From a virus (Duplodnaviria; Caudoviricetes), in IMG/VR virus record IMGVR_UViG_3300033388_005412, positions 1 through 64,000 of that record: a stretch of 64,000 bases of DNA. One strand, given 5' to 3'. Under the pieces are notes generated by a model that ran no database searches, was not told the origin of the DNA, and saw only the letters and a program-made list of their open reading frames with translations. The translations under genes were made by a program, and so were the position numbers. This document shows, one piece after another, positions 1-8,310 of this stretch (the stretch's first letter is position 1; each line of letters begins with the position of its first letter).

Positions 1-2
1 AC

Positions 3-113
3 AAAGAACATACATATCAGACCAGCCAGGATTTGGGCGGCGCTGATAAAATCAAATGCGGACATTGCGATGCGTCATTAAGCAATGAATATGATGATAT
101 ACTAGGATGTTAA
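3..113 (+). CDS. 3' end of hypothetical protein (truncated by window edge)
   Basis: Open frame KEHTYQ...KCGHCDASLSNEYDDILGC* from window start to TAA 111-113. Confidence 0.5.
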   Translation, partial: KEHTYQTSQDLGGADKIKCGHCDASLSNEYDDILGC

Positions 114-140
114 TGATGTTAATTGGAAAAGGAGGGCGTG

Positions 141-443
141 ATGGGTGCTGAGAGATTTATGATAGAAAGTGAAGGTTTGGATCCAAGAGACGCTTTTAAC
201 GAAGCTGTCGAAGACGCCGCATATGATCATAGTCATGGTGGTTATACGGGAACCATAGCAGAAAAAGAAGATTTTGTGATAATTGATGTTCCAAATGGAG
301 TGGATCCGGAAAAATATGCTGAAAAATTATTAGACGATGATGACGAGAGAATTGAAAATAAATGGGGCCCGGCCGGCTGTATTCTTCTTGAAAAAGGAGA
401 GGAAATAAATCGATATCTTTTTTTCGGCTGCGCTAGTAGTTAA
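141..443 (+). CDS. hypothetical phage protein (acidic)
   Basis: ORF; AGGAGG SD upstream of ATG 141. Confidence 0.75.
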   Translation: MGAERFMIESEGLDPRDAFNEAVEDAAYDHSHGGYTGTIAEKEDFVIIDVPNGVDPEKYAEKLLDDDDERIENKWGPAGCILLEKGEEINRYLFFGCASS

Positions 444-453
444 GGGGCGTGAG

Positions 454-759
454 ATGAACAAGAAAAAAATAAATGAATCGAATATCCGCATTCACTGGTG
501 GAATCTGGGTAAGAAGACTTTAGAATATGATGGGCCGATTAAAGGGTATTTAAAGAAGAAAAATATTAAAATAATAAAAAATAACGGCGGATATAAAGCA
601 ACATTAGCTGTAAGTTCATGTAGTTGTGTGTTGAAGATGAATGATCCTGTGTATGCTAATTGCGCGAGTGAAGCAATCAAAGTATTCTTAATGCTGCTGG
701 GTGACAAATCTTTATATGTAAGCCCGTGTGGAAGACATTATAAAATAAATTGGAGGTAG
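454..759 (+). CDS. hypothetical protein
   Basis: ORF in co-directional gene string. Confidence 0.65.
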   Translation: MNKKKINESNIRIHWWNLGKKTLEYDGPIKGYLKKKNIKIIKNNGGYKATLAVSSCSCVLKMNDPVYANCASEAIKVFLMLLGDKSLYVSPCGRHYKINWR

Positions 760-764
760 ATGAA

Positions 765-1016
765 ATGATAAAACAATATGTATATAAAATCCAATGGTTA
801 CTGAGACCAAAGCAAGCATGTGCAATTATGAGAATATTAGGTGAGCGGGGTTTTGATAAAATTATGTTCAGAGATATTGACTTAAATATCATCAGAACAT
901 CTAATGATTTTATCACATTTTCATCTGGAACTGTTGATGATGAAGAAATTAAACATATAAAAAAACAGATAAAAGAAAATAAGGATATATGGTATGTTGA
1001 AATTATTAAGAAATAA
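765..1016 (+). CDS. hypothetical protein
   Basis: GGAGG SD at 752-756 before ATG 765. Confidence 0.7.
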   Translation: MIKQYVYKIQWLLRPKQACAIMRILGERGFDKIMFRDIDLNIIRTSNDFITFSSGTVDDEEIKHIKKQIKENKDIWYVEIIKK

Positions 1017-1030
1017 ACCGGAGGTATTAG

Positions 1031-1240
1031 ATGATGGACTCATTCAGTAAAACAGTTTATATGTCTAAAGAATGGACAGTAAGCCTAATCGTTGATAGTG
1101 ATGATCATCTTAATATTTATATTGAAAATGAAAATGAAGCAGATATTTTTGAGATTGAGTCAGGTCAAGGCGATGGCGACGGTGAACAGTTGGCGCTCCG
1201 ATTCACTACCGCAAAAATAGAGAAGAAATATAAGGAGTGA
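1031..1240 (+). CDS. hypothetical protein (acidic)
   Basis: GGAGG SD, ORF. Confidence 0.7.
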   Translation: MMDSFSKTVYMSKEWTVSLIVDSDDHLNIYIENENEADIFEIESGQGDGDGEQLALRFTTAKIEKKYKE

Positions 1241-1242
1241 AA

Positions 1243-1380
1243 ATGGAAAAAGTATGGTGTCCAGTATGTAACAGGAAAATTAGTCAGAAAGAATATATTA
1301 AAGATTTAGAAAATCTAAAAAACACACCTAATAACGAATGCAAAAATTGCAGAGAGGAGAAGAAATGGAAAAAGTATTGA
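1243..1380 (+). CDS. small CxxC...CxxC zinc-finger protein (45 aa, not in ORF track)
   Basis: MEKVWCPVCNRK...ECKNCREEKKWKKY*, AAGGAG SD; fills gap between neighbours. Confidence 0.65.
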   Translation: MEKVWCPVCNRKISQKEYIKDLENLKNTPNNECKNCREEKKWKKY

Positions 1381-1856
1381 AATTTAAATGGACAGTATCA
1401 AGAGCGCAGGATACATATGGATATAACATATGTTCATTGTATGTTGATGGCAAAAAAGTATCAGCATGTAATGGCGGAGGTTATGATATGAAAGGAACCT
1501 GCCTAGGTGACTATATTGCCGGCACATTTGTCAAAAGACTGCAAAGAAAAATTAAGAAAACTCACTATGGTCTCACATTTCATGATCCTACATATGATCC
1601 GGGAAAAGCCGAAGTAGATAATGAAACAATTGAGAAACGTGAAGGGGCCGGCAAATCATTTGGTTTAGAACGATATCAGGCCTTTTACAGCGCTAGTTCG
1701 AAGGTTCCCACTAAAAAGCACATAGTTCCCTCAATTGATGGCGCATGCGGCTTCAGCAGCGTTGAAAGTGTAATGAAAACAATAGGTCTTAAACTTAAAT
1801 TTATAGATAGTGCTACAAATACATCGACTTATTTATTGAAAGGACGGGGAAAATGA
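1365..1856 (+). CDS. hypothetical phage protein
   Basis: GAGGAG SD before ATG 1365; ATGA overlap with next gene. Confidence 0.75.
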   Translation: MEKVLKFKWTVSRAQDTYGYNICSLYVDGKKVSACNGGGYDMKGTCLGDYIAGTFVKRLQRKIKKTHYGLTFHDPTYDPGKAEVDNETIEKREGAGKSFGLERYQAFYSASSKVPTKKHIVPSIDGACGFSSVESVMKTIGLKLKFIDSATNTSTYLLKGRGK

Positions 1857-2182
1857 TCCCACCAATGATAACACCACATGGAAGAGTTATAGGAGAAAAT
1901 AAAATGATTAGATATGCCTGGAAAATCGATAAAGATATCATTGATCGGAATCATCACAAAGATTTAATCGGTCCCAGAGGCACGTCTGGTAATCTTGAAA
2001 ACGATATAAACAGCGGAAAAGGTGAAAAATTCAGAATGTTTGATGATGATATGAATCTATATTACGAAGGAAGAATAACCGGCGGATACGACGGATTTGA
2101 ACCGTTGGACGATTTTGGTCAACCGAACGCCGGATGCACAAGCATAGAATATCTGAAAAATGGTAAGTGGGAGCAGTTATGA
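1853..2182 (+). CDS. hypothetical phage protein
   Basis: ORF, ATGA overlaps on both sides. Confidence 0.75.
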   Translation: MIPPMITPHGRVIGENKMIRYAWKIDKDIIDRNHHKDLIGPRGTSGNLENDINSGKGEKFRMFDDDMNLYYEGRITGGYDGFEPLDDFGQPNAGCTSIEYLKNGKWEQL

Positions 2183-2424
2183 AAATCGAAAATAACAAAA
2201 TAAGGAAGGAAATTGGATGTATATTCGCGGATACATATAATTCATCAGGTATGTGTACGTTTAATATATGCGCCGATTATACTGAAAAAAATGAAAAGAG
2301 AATAACAGATTATATGATTAGAAAGTATGTGACACCATATAATGGAATGTATTATAATGTTCGGAAATTCATATATAAAAATTTGAAAACTGAATATTTA
2401 TCAAATAAAAAAGAGGAGGATTAA
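2179..2424 (+). CDS. hypothetical protein
   Basis: ORF, coupled to neighbours. Confidence 0.65.
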   Translation: MKIENNKIRKEIGCIFADTYNSSGMCTFNICADYTEKNEKRITDYMIRKYVTPYNGMYYNVRKFIYKNLKTEYLSNKKEED

Positions 2425-2723
2425 TGTATAAGTTGACATTTTTGAAAGAAAGATATCCCAGTGATTATGATGACGAAAATAAAATGATAGAGGATCTGCC
2501 GAATCCTGTTATATTGGGATATTATTATGATGGCAGCGCGGATATCGAGTGTTATAAAACATTTCCAACTATGGAAGTGGCTAAAAACTATATTGAAACA
2601 CAACTACATAACGAAGTTTATGATGTTTTTAACTTGTTTGACGAAAAAGGTGACATAATTATGACTGAAGACATGACTGAAGACATGACTGAAGACATGG
2701 AAGATACAATGGAGAATGAATAA
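2424..2723 (+). CDS. hypothetical acidic protein with MTED repeats
   Basis: GAGGAGG SD, ORF. Confidence 0.7.
   Translation: MYKLTFLKERYPSDYDDENKMIEDLPNPVILGYYYDGSADIECYKTFPTMEVAKNYIETQLHNEVYDVFNLFDEKGDIIMTEDMTEDMTEDMEDTMENE
2661..2696 (+). repeat. 12-bp tandem repeat ATGACTGAAGAC x3
   Basis: Three exact copies read directly; encodes MTED x3. Confidence 0.95.
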
Positions 2724-2923
2724 TGGCCTGGCAAAAATCATTTAAAAAATCCGGTAAAAACAAATTCAAGAAAACAGGAGAAGAGGTGTTATGCAATGAA
2801 TGTTTAGGACCGGCTAAACCAATAAAGAAAATAAAAATATGTAAAAATGGAGAACATGATTACAATATTATCGTCTGTGAAAAATGTTTTAAAAAACTAA
2901 AAAGAGGTAAAGGAAGCAAGTGA
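2723..2923 (+). CDS. small basic zinc-ribbon protein
   Basis: CNEC ... CEKC motifs. Confidence 0.65.
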   Translation: MAWQKSFKKSGKNKFKKTGEEVLCNECLGPAKPIKKIKICKNGEHDYNIIVCEKCFKKLKRGKGSK

Positions 2924-3117
2924 TGAAAAGACATGATATGGAAACAGCTTTGATAAATGATGACATTACTACAATAATAGAGGAACAATGTTATATGTAT
3001 TTGACTGATATTTTAACCATGACTTATATGCGAATGACTGATGAAGAAATAAAAAATGAATATTCTGAACGAGATTTTCAGAATGATGATATATCGAGGT
3101 CGAAAGATGAAAAATAA
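2920..3117 (+). CDS. hypothetical protein
   Basis: ORF, overlap coupling. Confidence 0.6.
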   Translation: MMKRHDMETALINDDITTIIEEQCYMYLTDILTMTYMRMTDEEIKNEYSERDFQNDDISRSKDEK

Positions 3118-3244
3118 TTGTCCAGTGTGTAATTCCATAACTGATGAAGTAAGAATGTTTGATATTAAAAGGATTTTTAACGAGTATTTGTCCGACGAAA
3201 ATCCGTCTGGTGATAGTGATTTTCCAAATGTTATAGATGGTTAG
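3107..3244 (+). CDS. small hypothetical protein (CPVC)
   Basis: GAGG SD before ATG 3107. Confidence 0.5.
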   Translation: MKNNCPVCNSITDEVRMFDIKRIFNEYLSDENPSGDSDFPNVIDG

Positions 3245-3262
3245 AAAATAATAGGAGAAACA

Positions 3263-3502
3263 ATGAACAAGTTTGCCAGAAAATGCGACAAATGCAATAA
3301 AGTATTTAATGAAGGATATTGCATTGAAGGTGGAGAAGAATATTACTGCTCTAAAGAATGTCTTTTGAAGGTGATGACAGAAGAAGAATTTGATGATTTA
3401 TATGATAATGGTAATGGTGACAGTTATTGGACGTCGTGGGAGTGTGAAGAAGATAAACGATATTATGAAGATGGAACAAGAATAAACCAGGAGGGTGTTT
3501 AA
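3263..3502 (+). CDS. hypothetical Cys-rich acidic protein
   Basis: AGGAG SD; CDKC...CSKEC. Confidence 0.7.
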   Translation: MNKFARKCDKCNKVFNEGYCIEGGEEYYCSKECLLKVMTEEEFDDLYDNGNGDSYWTSWECEEDKRYYEDGTRINQEGV

Positions 3503-3695
3503 TATGAAAATATACAGAATAGCAGTCGATTACAGAATTTCAGGATTAATAAATATTAAAGCTAATAGTTTGAGAGAAGCTATTGAAAAAGCGCAGGATG
3601 GTAGAACAGTTGATGTTTATGATAAAGAATATATCGATTATACATGGAATGTTAATGAAGATATGTCAGAAGCATTATATGAGGACGAAAAATGA
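3495..3695 (+). CDS. hypothetical phage protein
   Basis: ORF; 'KANSLREAIEKA' pattern shared with next ORF. Confidence 0.65.
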   Translation: MFNMKIYRIAVDYRISGLINIKANSLREAIEKAQDGRTVDVYDKEYIDYTWNVNEDMSEALYEDEK

Positions 3696-4009
3696 AAAAA
3701 TACAGGATGAAATGGGCGATCGAACTTGAAAAAACAGTAAATGCTAAATCAGTACAGGAAGCGATAGAAAAAATAGAAAATGTGGATTGCCAACATGCTG
3801 GCGAATATGTGACTGATAGTTTTGTAATAACGGATATGGATGAAATTGAAGAATATGGGCCATATACAATATGCGGAATAGAGATATCAAAACGTCATGC
3901 GAAAAAACTTGCCAAGTCAATTTATGATATTCTATCAAAAGGACCAATACGAAAACAGGATGTTGAAATAATTAATCAGATGAAAGAAATTATTAAGGAG
4001 GAAAAATGA
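3692..4009 (+). CDS. hypothetical phage protein
   Basis: ORF, ATGA overlaps. Confidence 0.7.
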   Translation: MKKYRMKWAIELEKTVNAKSVQEAIEKIENVDCQHAGEYVTDSFVITDMDEIEEYGPYTICGIEISKRHAKKLAKSIYDILSKGPIRKQDVEIINQMKEIIKEEK

Positions 4010-4176
4010 GGTACGAACTAAGGATAAGAATATTGGATAAGAATTACATCGATAGTCTTATAACATCTTTAGTCAGACAGGGTTATAATGTTTATTATAA
4101 CTCAGATGAAGGGGACGGAGGAATGGTGTGCTTTACTGGAACTGAAGAAGAAGTTTTCGAAATTAAGGAAACATGA
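4006..4176 (+). CDS. small hypothetical protein (56 aa, not in ORF track)
   Basis: MRYELRIRILDKNYIDSLITSLVRQGYNVYY...; AAGGAGG SD; ATGA overlaps on both ends. Confidence 0.7.
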   Translation: MRYELRIRILDKNYIDSLITSLVRQGYNVYYNSDEGDGGMVCFTGTEEEVFEIKET

Positions 4177-4481
4177 TGGAATTGTTAACAGAGGAATTAA
4201 AGAGAAAACTTCCGAAGTTGTATTCGCAGGATGGGAAAAAGCCGGAAGATGTTAAAATAATTGTGAAGTTCTTTACACCGGATTTTAGTTGGTCATGGTA
4301 CGCGATCGAATATGATCAGAAAGACACATTTTTCGGCTATGTCCGGGGAATGGAAAATGAATTAGGTTATTTCACGTTATCAGAACTTGAATCCGTCAAA
4401 GGTCCAATGGGGATGCATATTGAAAGAGATTTACATTTTTATGATCATACACTGAAAGAGGTTATGGATAGACAGATATAA
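4173..4481 (+). CDS. DUF2958-like protein
   Basis: LPKLYSQD...VKFFTPDFSWSWYAIEYD...FFGYVRGMENELGYFTLSELE pattern. Confidence 0.8.
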   Translation: MMELLTEELKRKLPKLYSQDGKKPEDVKIIVKFFTPDFSWSWYAIEYDQKDTFFGYVRGMENELGYFTLSELESVKGPMGMHIERDLHFYDHTLKEVMDRQI

Positions 4482-4497
4482 CAAATAGGAGGAATAT

Positions 4498-5004
4498 GTG
4501 AGCACACGAAACGAGAAGATATATAAATTGAGAAAACAAGGCCGATCTCTTCAGGAAATAGGGACAATGTACGGCATATCAAGAGAACGTGTTAGACAGA
4601 TTTTAGAAAAATATGAAAAAATACCGCTTTTGTCGACAGTAGATATCATGAGGGCTGTTGATATAAGTAATTGTAAATTTAATACTATATTAAATAAATT
4701 ACATATTGAGAAAAGAACAAGATGGGACCAAGATGTATTGGATAAAGTGATAACATTTATGAATAATAGAAGATGTATTCAATGCGGTAAACCGATATCA
4801 CCAACATCACAGCATACTAAGTATTGCGATAATAAAAACTGTATGGTAGAAAGATGGAAATATAAAAATTGGCCGAAAGACAGAAAAGAAAAACATGCTA
4901 TACTAGTTAAAAGATGGCAAATGAATAATTCCGAGGCCGCAAAAGCAATAAGAAGAAAAGCCAGTAAAAAATATTATTGGAAAATGAAGGAAAAATCCCT
5001 ATAA
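4498..5004 (+). CDS. sigma70 region-4-like HTH protein with zinc motif
   Basis: GRSLQEIGTMYGISRERVRQI HTH; CIQC...YCDNKNC. Confidence 0.75.
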   Translation: MSTRNEKIYKLRKQGRSLQEIGTMYGISRERVRQILEKYEKIPLLSTVDIMRAVDISNCKFNTILNKLHIEKRTRWDQDVLDKVITFMNNRRCIQCGKPISPTSQHTKYCDNKNCMVERWKYKNWPKDRKEKHAILVKRWQMNNSEAAKAIRRKASKKYYWKMKEKSL

Positions 5005-5039
5005 AGGGTGAAAATTTGTAAATTTTTCAGGAGAGAAAA

Positions 5040-5219
5040 ATGGAAGACAAGAAATCGCTGAGGTTGAAATTATCAAAAATGTCCGCACAGATCCGAAAGG
5101 ATATAATAGCATATTTTGATAACTATGACACACCGTTCACTTTTAGAGATGTGGATAAAAAGGAGATGCTCGATGATATTTGTGTTATTATTATTAACGG
5201 GCTTGAAATAAGGAGGTAG
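5040..5219 (+). CDS. small hypothetical protein (59 aa, not in ORF track)
   Basis: MEDKKSLRLKLSKMSAQIRKDII...; AGGAG SD. Confidence 0.6.
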   Translation: MEDKKSLRLKLSKMSAQIRKDIIAYFDNYDTPFTFRDVDKKEMLDDICVIIINGLEIRR

Positions 5220-5220
5220 T

Positions 5221-5466
5221 ATGAATAGAGTAGATGTTAAAAGTTCAACAATCAAAACAATTGGTTATGATAGTTCTATTTTAACTATGGAAGTTGAATT
5301 TAAAAATGGATGTGTTTATCAGTATACTGATGTGCCAACTGGTCTTGCTGATAGTTTGATGGGTTCGGAATCAAAAGGGAGGTTTTTTCACAAAGAAATT
5401 AGGAATAATTATAAATCTACTAAAATTTATGACCCAAAAAATGAAAAGAAAGAAGAAGACGTGTGA
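5221..5466 (+). CDS. KTSC domain protein
   Basis: VKSSTIKTIGYD...MEVEFKNGCVYQYTDVP...SESKGRFFHKEIR. Confidence 0.9.
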   Translation: MNRVDVKSSTIKTIGYDSSILTMEVEFKNGCVYQYTDVPTGLADSLMGSESKGRFFHKEIRNNYKSTKIYDPKNEKKEEDV

Positions 5467-5539
5467 ATATATACGAGATGTGATAAAACACGATGAATGG
5501 TTATTTTGAAAAGTGCCAATAATAAGGAGGAATTAGATT

Positions 5540-5836
5540 ATGGCTATTAAGAACATTGGGGCAGCTTGGAACAAAACATCGAAAAATGGTAATCCCATGC
5601 TTTCGGTATCACTCAACATGAAAGGAAAAAAGGTGAATTTTATGTTGTTCAAGAATACCCAGAAACAAAACCCGGGTCAACCGGACTGGAATGCTGGTGT
5701 GATTGTTGACGATGCTAATGCGCCCGCACAGGTCGCACCTGCACAGGCTGCGCCCGTACAGGTTGCGCCTGCTACGCCGGCTCCGGCAACACCTGCTGCT
5801 CAGGAAGATCAGTCAGACGAAGAGTCTCCCTGGTAA
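5540..5836 (+). CDS. DUF736-like / SSB-like OB-fold protein with APAQ linker and acidic tail
   Basis: IGAAWNKTSKNGNPMLSVSL...KQNPGQPDW; tail EDQSDEESPW. Confidence 0.6.
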   Translation: MAIKNIGAAWNKTSKNGNPMLSVSLNMKGKKVNFMLFKNTQKQNPGQPDWNAGVIVDDANAPAQVAPAQAAPVQVAPATPAPATPAAQEDQSDEESPW

Positions 5837-5852
5837 ATTCTGATGAATTTAT

Positions 5853-5972
5853 TTTAGCTGTGGCGGAATGCAAAGACGCAATATCAAGCGCCGTAAGAAA
5901 GTACCGACTTGATATGGACGGAGTAGGCTTAATCAGGGCAGTCCAGTGCAGGTTAGAATCCTGTCAGCTAAA
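5853..5972 (+). ncRNA. tRNA-like RNA with non-canonical extended anticodon and variable arms
   Basis: Acceptor stem (T)TTAGCTG/CAGCTAA(A); Leu-type D arm GCG-GAATGCAAAGA-CGC; T arm GCAGG-TTAGAAT-CCTGT; ATATCAAG/CTTGATAT hairpin with 19-nt interior; GGAC/GTCC variable hairpin; no encoded CCA. Confidence 0.75.
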
Positions 5973-5984
5973 TTAAATAAAAAA

Positions 5985-6836
5985 ATGTTAGTTGGATTAA
6001 TTTGTCCCAACGGTGATAAAGTCCGCTGGGATATATGTTTAAAAAAAGAATGCCCAGGGTGTTTTCCCTTGTCTATAAGACAGGCAATTTATAGATTCAA
6101 TAAAGAGCTACATGACTGGCCGTCTGTTACAGGCCTTTTATATTGTCTCAGGAAAACAAAATTAGAACACGATAATGATTATTATGTAAAACCGCAAGAT
6201 GCTTATTATGCAATGCGTGGGAGTCTTATACATGAATTGTTATCTTCGCATAAACCGGAAGAAGGTGAAATAATAGAGCAGGGATTTTCACGGGAAATTC
6301 CGGGAACGGGCCTTATTTTAAAGGGAAGAATAGACAGATATAAAGACGGTGTGCTGGAAGATTACAAAACAATGGCTGATAACGGCATCCATTTTCTGAA
6401 AAAGGGTGAACATAAAGAAGCATATATATGGCAGACCAACATATATAAGTGGCTGATGGAATCAAAACATGTGGTAAATAAAATAAGATTAATATATTTA
6501 ACAATGTCAAATGTTGTCACAAGCGGTGAAAGTTTTCTTGTAAAAAATCAACGAACACGGGAATTTGAAGAATATAAATCAGGCGAAATTCCTATTTATA
6601 CAGAGGAAAAGGTTGAGGCGTTTTTAATTCCGAAAGCTAAAACATTAATGAGAAAAAGTCTTCCGCCGGCTGATCCTAAAAATCCATGGCTGTGTAACTT
6701 CTGTTCATTTACTGATATGTGCAAGGAAAAAACCGGTGATGTTGGAGCAGTTGTTACAAAAGTTAACAGCAATACCATAAAACCAAAAGAAGAAATAAAA
6801 GAAAAGAAAATAATCAACGTGGATGAATTGTTTTAA
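5985..6836 (+). CDS. Cas4/AddB-like PD-(D/E)XK nuclease with Fe-S staple
   Basis: LLYCLRK ... KGRIDRY..LEDYKT ... WLCNFCSFTDMC; start moved to ATG 5985 because the ORF-track start lies inside the tRNA-like T arm. Confidence 0.8.
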   Translation: MLVGLICPNGDKVRWDICLKKECPGCFPLSIRQAIYRFNKELHDWPSVTGLLYCLRKTKLEHDNDYYVKPQDAYYAMRGSLIHELLSSHKPEEGEIIEQGFSREIPGTGLILKGRIDRYKDGVLEDYKTMADNGIHFLKKGEHKEAYIWQTNIYKWLMESKHVVNKIRLIYLTMSNVVTSGESFLVKNQRTREFEEYKSGEIPIYTEEKVEAFLIPKAKTLMRKSLPPADPKNPWLCNFCSFTDMCKEKTGDVGAVVTKVNSNTIKPKEEIKEKKIINVDELF

Positions 6837-6845
6837 GGAGCGTGT

Positions 6846-7046
6846 ATGAAATTTGGTGGGCTAATTGTCGCAGTTTGGGATAAAAGAGGTGATGTTTATC
6901 CGGTTGCGCTAACTGATGAAGATAAAAATTATATTATTGCCTTAATTAATCAACTTCAAAATAAAAAAGCGATCCAGGTTGTGGAAGATAAATTACCGTT
7001 TAAAATTGATGTTAAAAAAATGAAAAACGAGAGTAAAAAACAATGA
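6846..7046 (+). CDS. hypothetical protein
   Basis: AAGGAG SD, ORF. Confidence 0.65.
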   Translation: MKFGGLIVAVWDKRGDVYPVALTDEDKNYIIALINQLQNKKAIQVVEDKLPFKIDVKKMKNESKKQ

Positions 7047-7598
7047 ATAATAAATATAAAATCATTTATGCTGATGTACCATGGTGTTATCGTAATAAGA
7101 ATACCGGTGGTTCTATGAAAAGTGGTGCTAAAAGTAAATATCCCGTAATGACAACGGGAGATATTTGTAATTTACCAATTAATAAAATAGCTGATAAAAA
7201 TTCAGTGCTTTTTTTTATGGGTAACATGCCCAATGATGGAAGAAGGTATGAAAGTAATGAACGCATGGGGTTATAAATATAAAACTAAAATATACTGGAG
7301 AAAAATAATGTCTTTGGGTATGGGCTTTTGGTATCGCGGTCAGGTTGAGGAACTATGGCTTGGTATCAAAGGAAAAATAAAAGCATTTAGAATACAAAAA
7401 CCAAATTTCATAGAAACAAAAGCAAGAAAACACTCATAGAAACCGGATGAAGCATATAATTTAATTGAAATGTCTGGATTAAATCCGAAGATCGAACTAT
7501 TCGCGAGAAATACAAGACCCGGATGGGATTCAATTGGATTTGACATTGACGGTCGGGATATCAGAGAGGTATTAAACAATGAAAAAGAAAACTGTTAA
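7043..7598 (+). pseudogene. MT-A70 family adenine methyltransferase, disrupted (frameshift plus amber)
   Basis: KYKIIYADVPW...YPVM; T8 tract 7209-7216 breaks VLFLWVTCP; in-frame TAG 7437-7439 in HS*KPDEAY; frame continues KIELFAR..RPGWDSIG to TAA 7598. Confidence 0.85.
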
Positions 7599-7905
7599 GA
7601 AGAAAAAAATTAAGAATGCTAAAGACGAAAAAACAATAGCACGTTTGCAACCGAAAGAAAGATCAAATGGTGTTTTACCGTATCCGTATTTTATTAAAAG
7701 CGATGCATTAGTCGGTCGTCAGGATTTCTGGAAAGGTAAACCATTTAAGCTACTAGGGTTTAGCAAAATACCGGAGCCCGGTGATATTGACTTAATGTTC
7801 AGTGATTTTAAAAAGAATACCTCAAAGGCAATAGGCATGTATCCTGTTTTTGCAAATGAAGATAGTAACTGGGTAACATATTCAGAACGAATTGAATCAG
7901 TTTAA
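7579..7905 (+). CDS. hypothetical protein
   Basis: ORF in operon. Confidence 0.65.
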   Translation: MKKKTVKKKKIKNAKDEKTIARLQPKERSNGVLPYPYFIKSDALVGRQDFWKGKPFKLLGFSKIPEPGDIDLMFSDFKKNTSKAIGMYPVFANEDSNWVTYSERIESV

Positions 7906-7917
7906 GAAGTAGAGACA

Positions 7918-8310
7918 ATGAAACCAGAAATTAAACTCGAACCGATAAAAGAAATTACAGAAAAATCAAACGGAACTATAATTGATGCACTGCAACATTT
8001 TCTGTATAGGCCAAATTCTTTACAGCTTCGCCAACAAATATCAGAAATGGTATTACAAAAACTTGGATGTTATAACATACCTGTAAATTTTGACGGTGTT
8101 GATTTTTCAGTAGAAGAGATTGATAGTTCAATTACAGTAGTTCCTCATAATTTGTATACAGCAATACTATTATATGGATTTGAAGTAAATTACTATAAAG
8201 CAAAAAACCAAACAAAATATGATACTGGTTTTGGAACTATTAGGTTTGAAAATGGAAAAGCTTATTTTAAACCAGTTTATGATATAAAGGAGGTTAACCA
8301 TGTCATATAG
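7918..8310 (+). CDS. hypothetical protein
   Basis: ORF in operon. Confidence 0.65.
   Translation: MKPEIKLEPIKEITEKSNGTIIDALQHFLYRPNSLQLRQQISEMVLQKLGCYNIPVNFDGVDFSVEEIDSSITVVPHNLYTAILLYGFEVNYYKAKNQTKYDTGFGTIRFENGKAYFKPVYDIKEVNHVI

Noticed and set aside
5853-5972. Calling the element a functional tRNA-Leu or tRNA-Sec, or a tRNA with an archaeal BHB intron
   Set aside because: No U33 or 7-nt anticodon loop and no UCA anticodon; I could not draw a bulge-helix-bulge whose excision restores a canonical loop.
5946-5984. ORF-track N-terminal extension MQVRILSAKLNKK
   Set aside because: It is simply the tRNA-like T arm and acceptor stem read as codons.
7437-7439. In-frame TAG as evidence of genome-wide amber recoding (code 15)
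   Set aside because: Several well-bounded genes end in TAG (759, 3244, 16863, 21835, 27311) and long genes contain no internal TAG; the same gene also has a frameshift.
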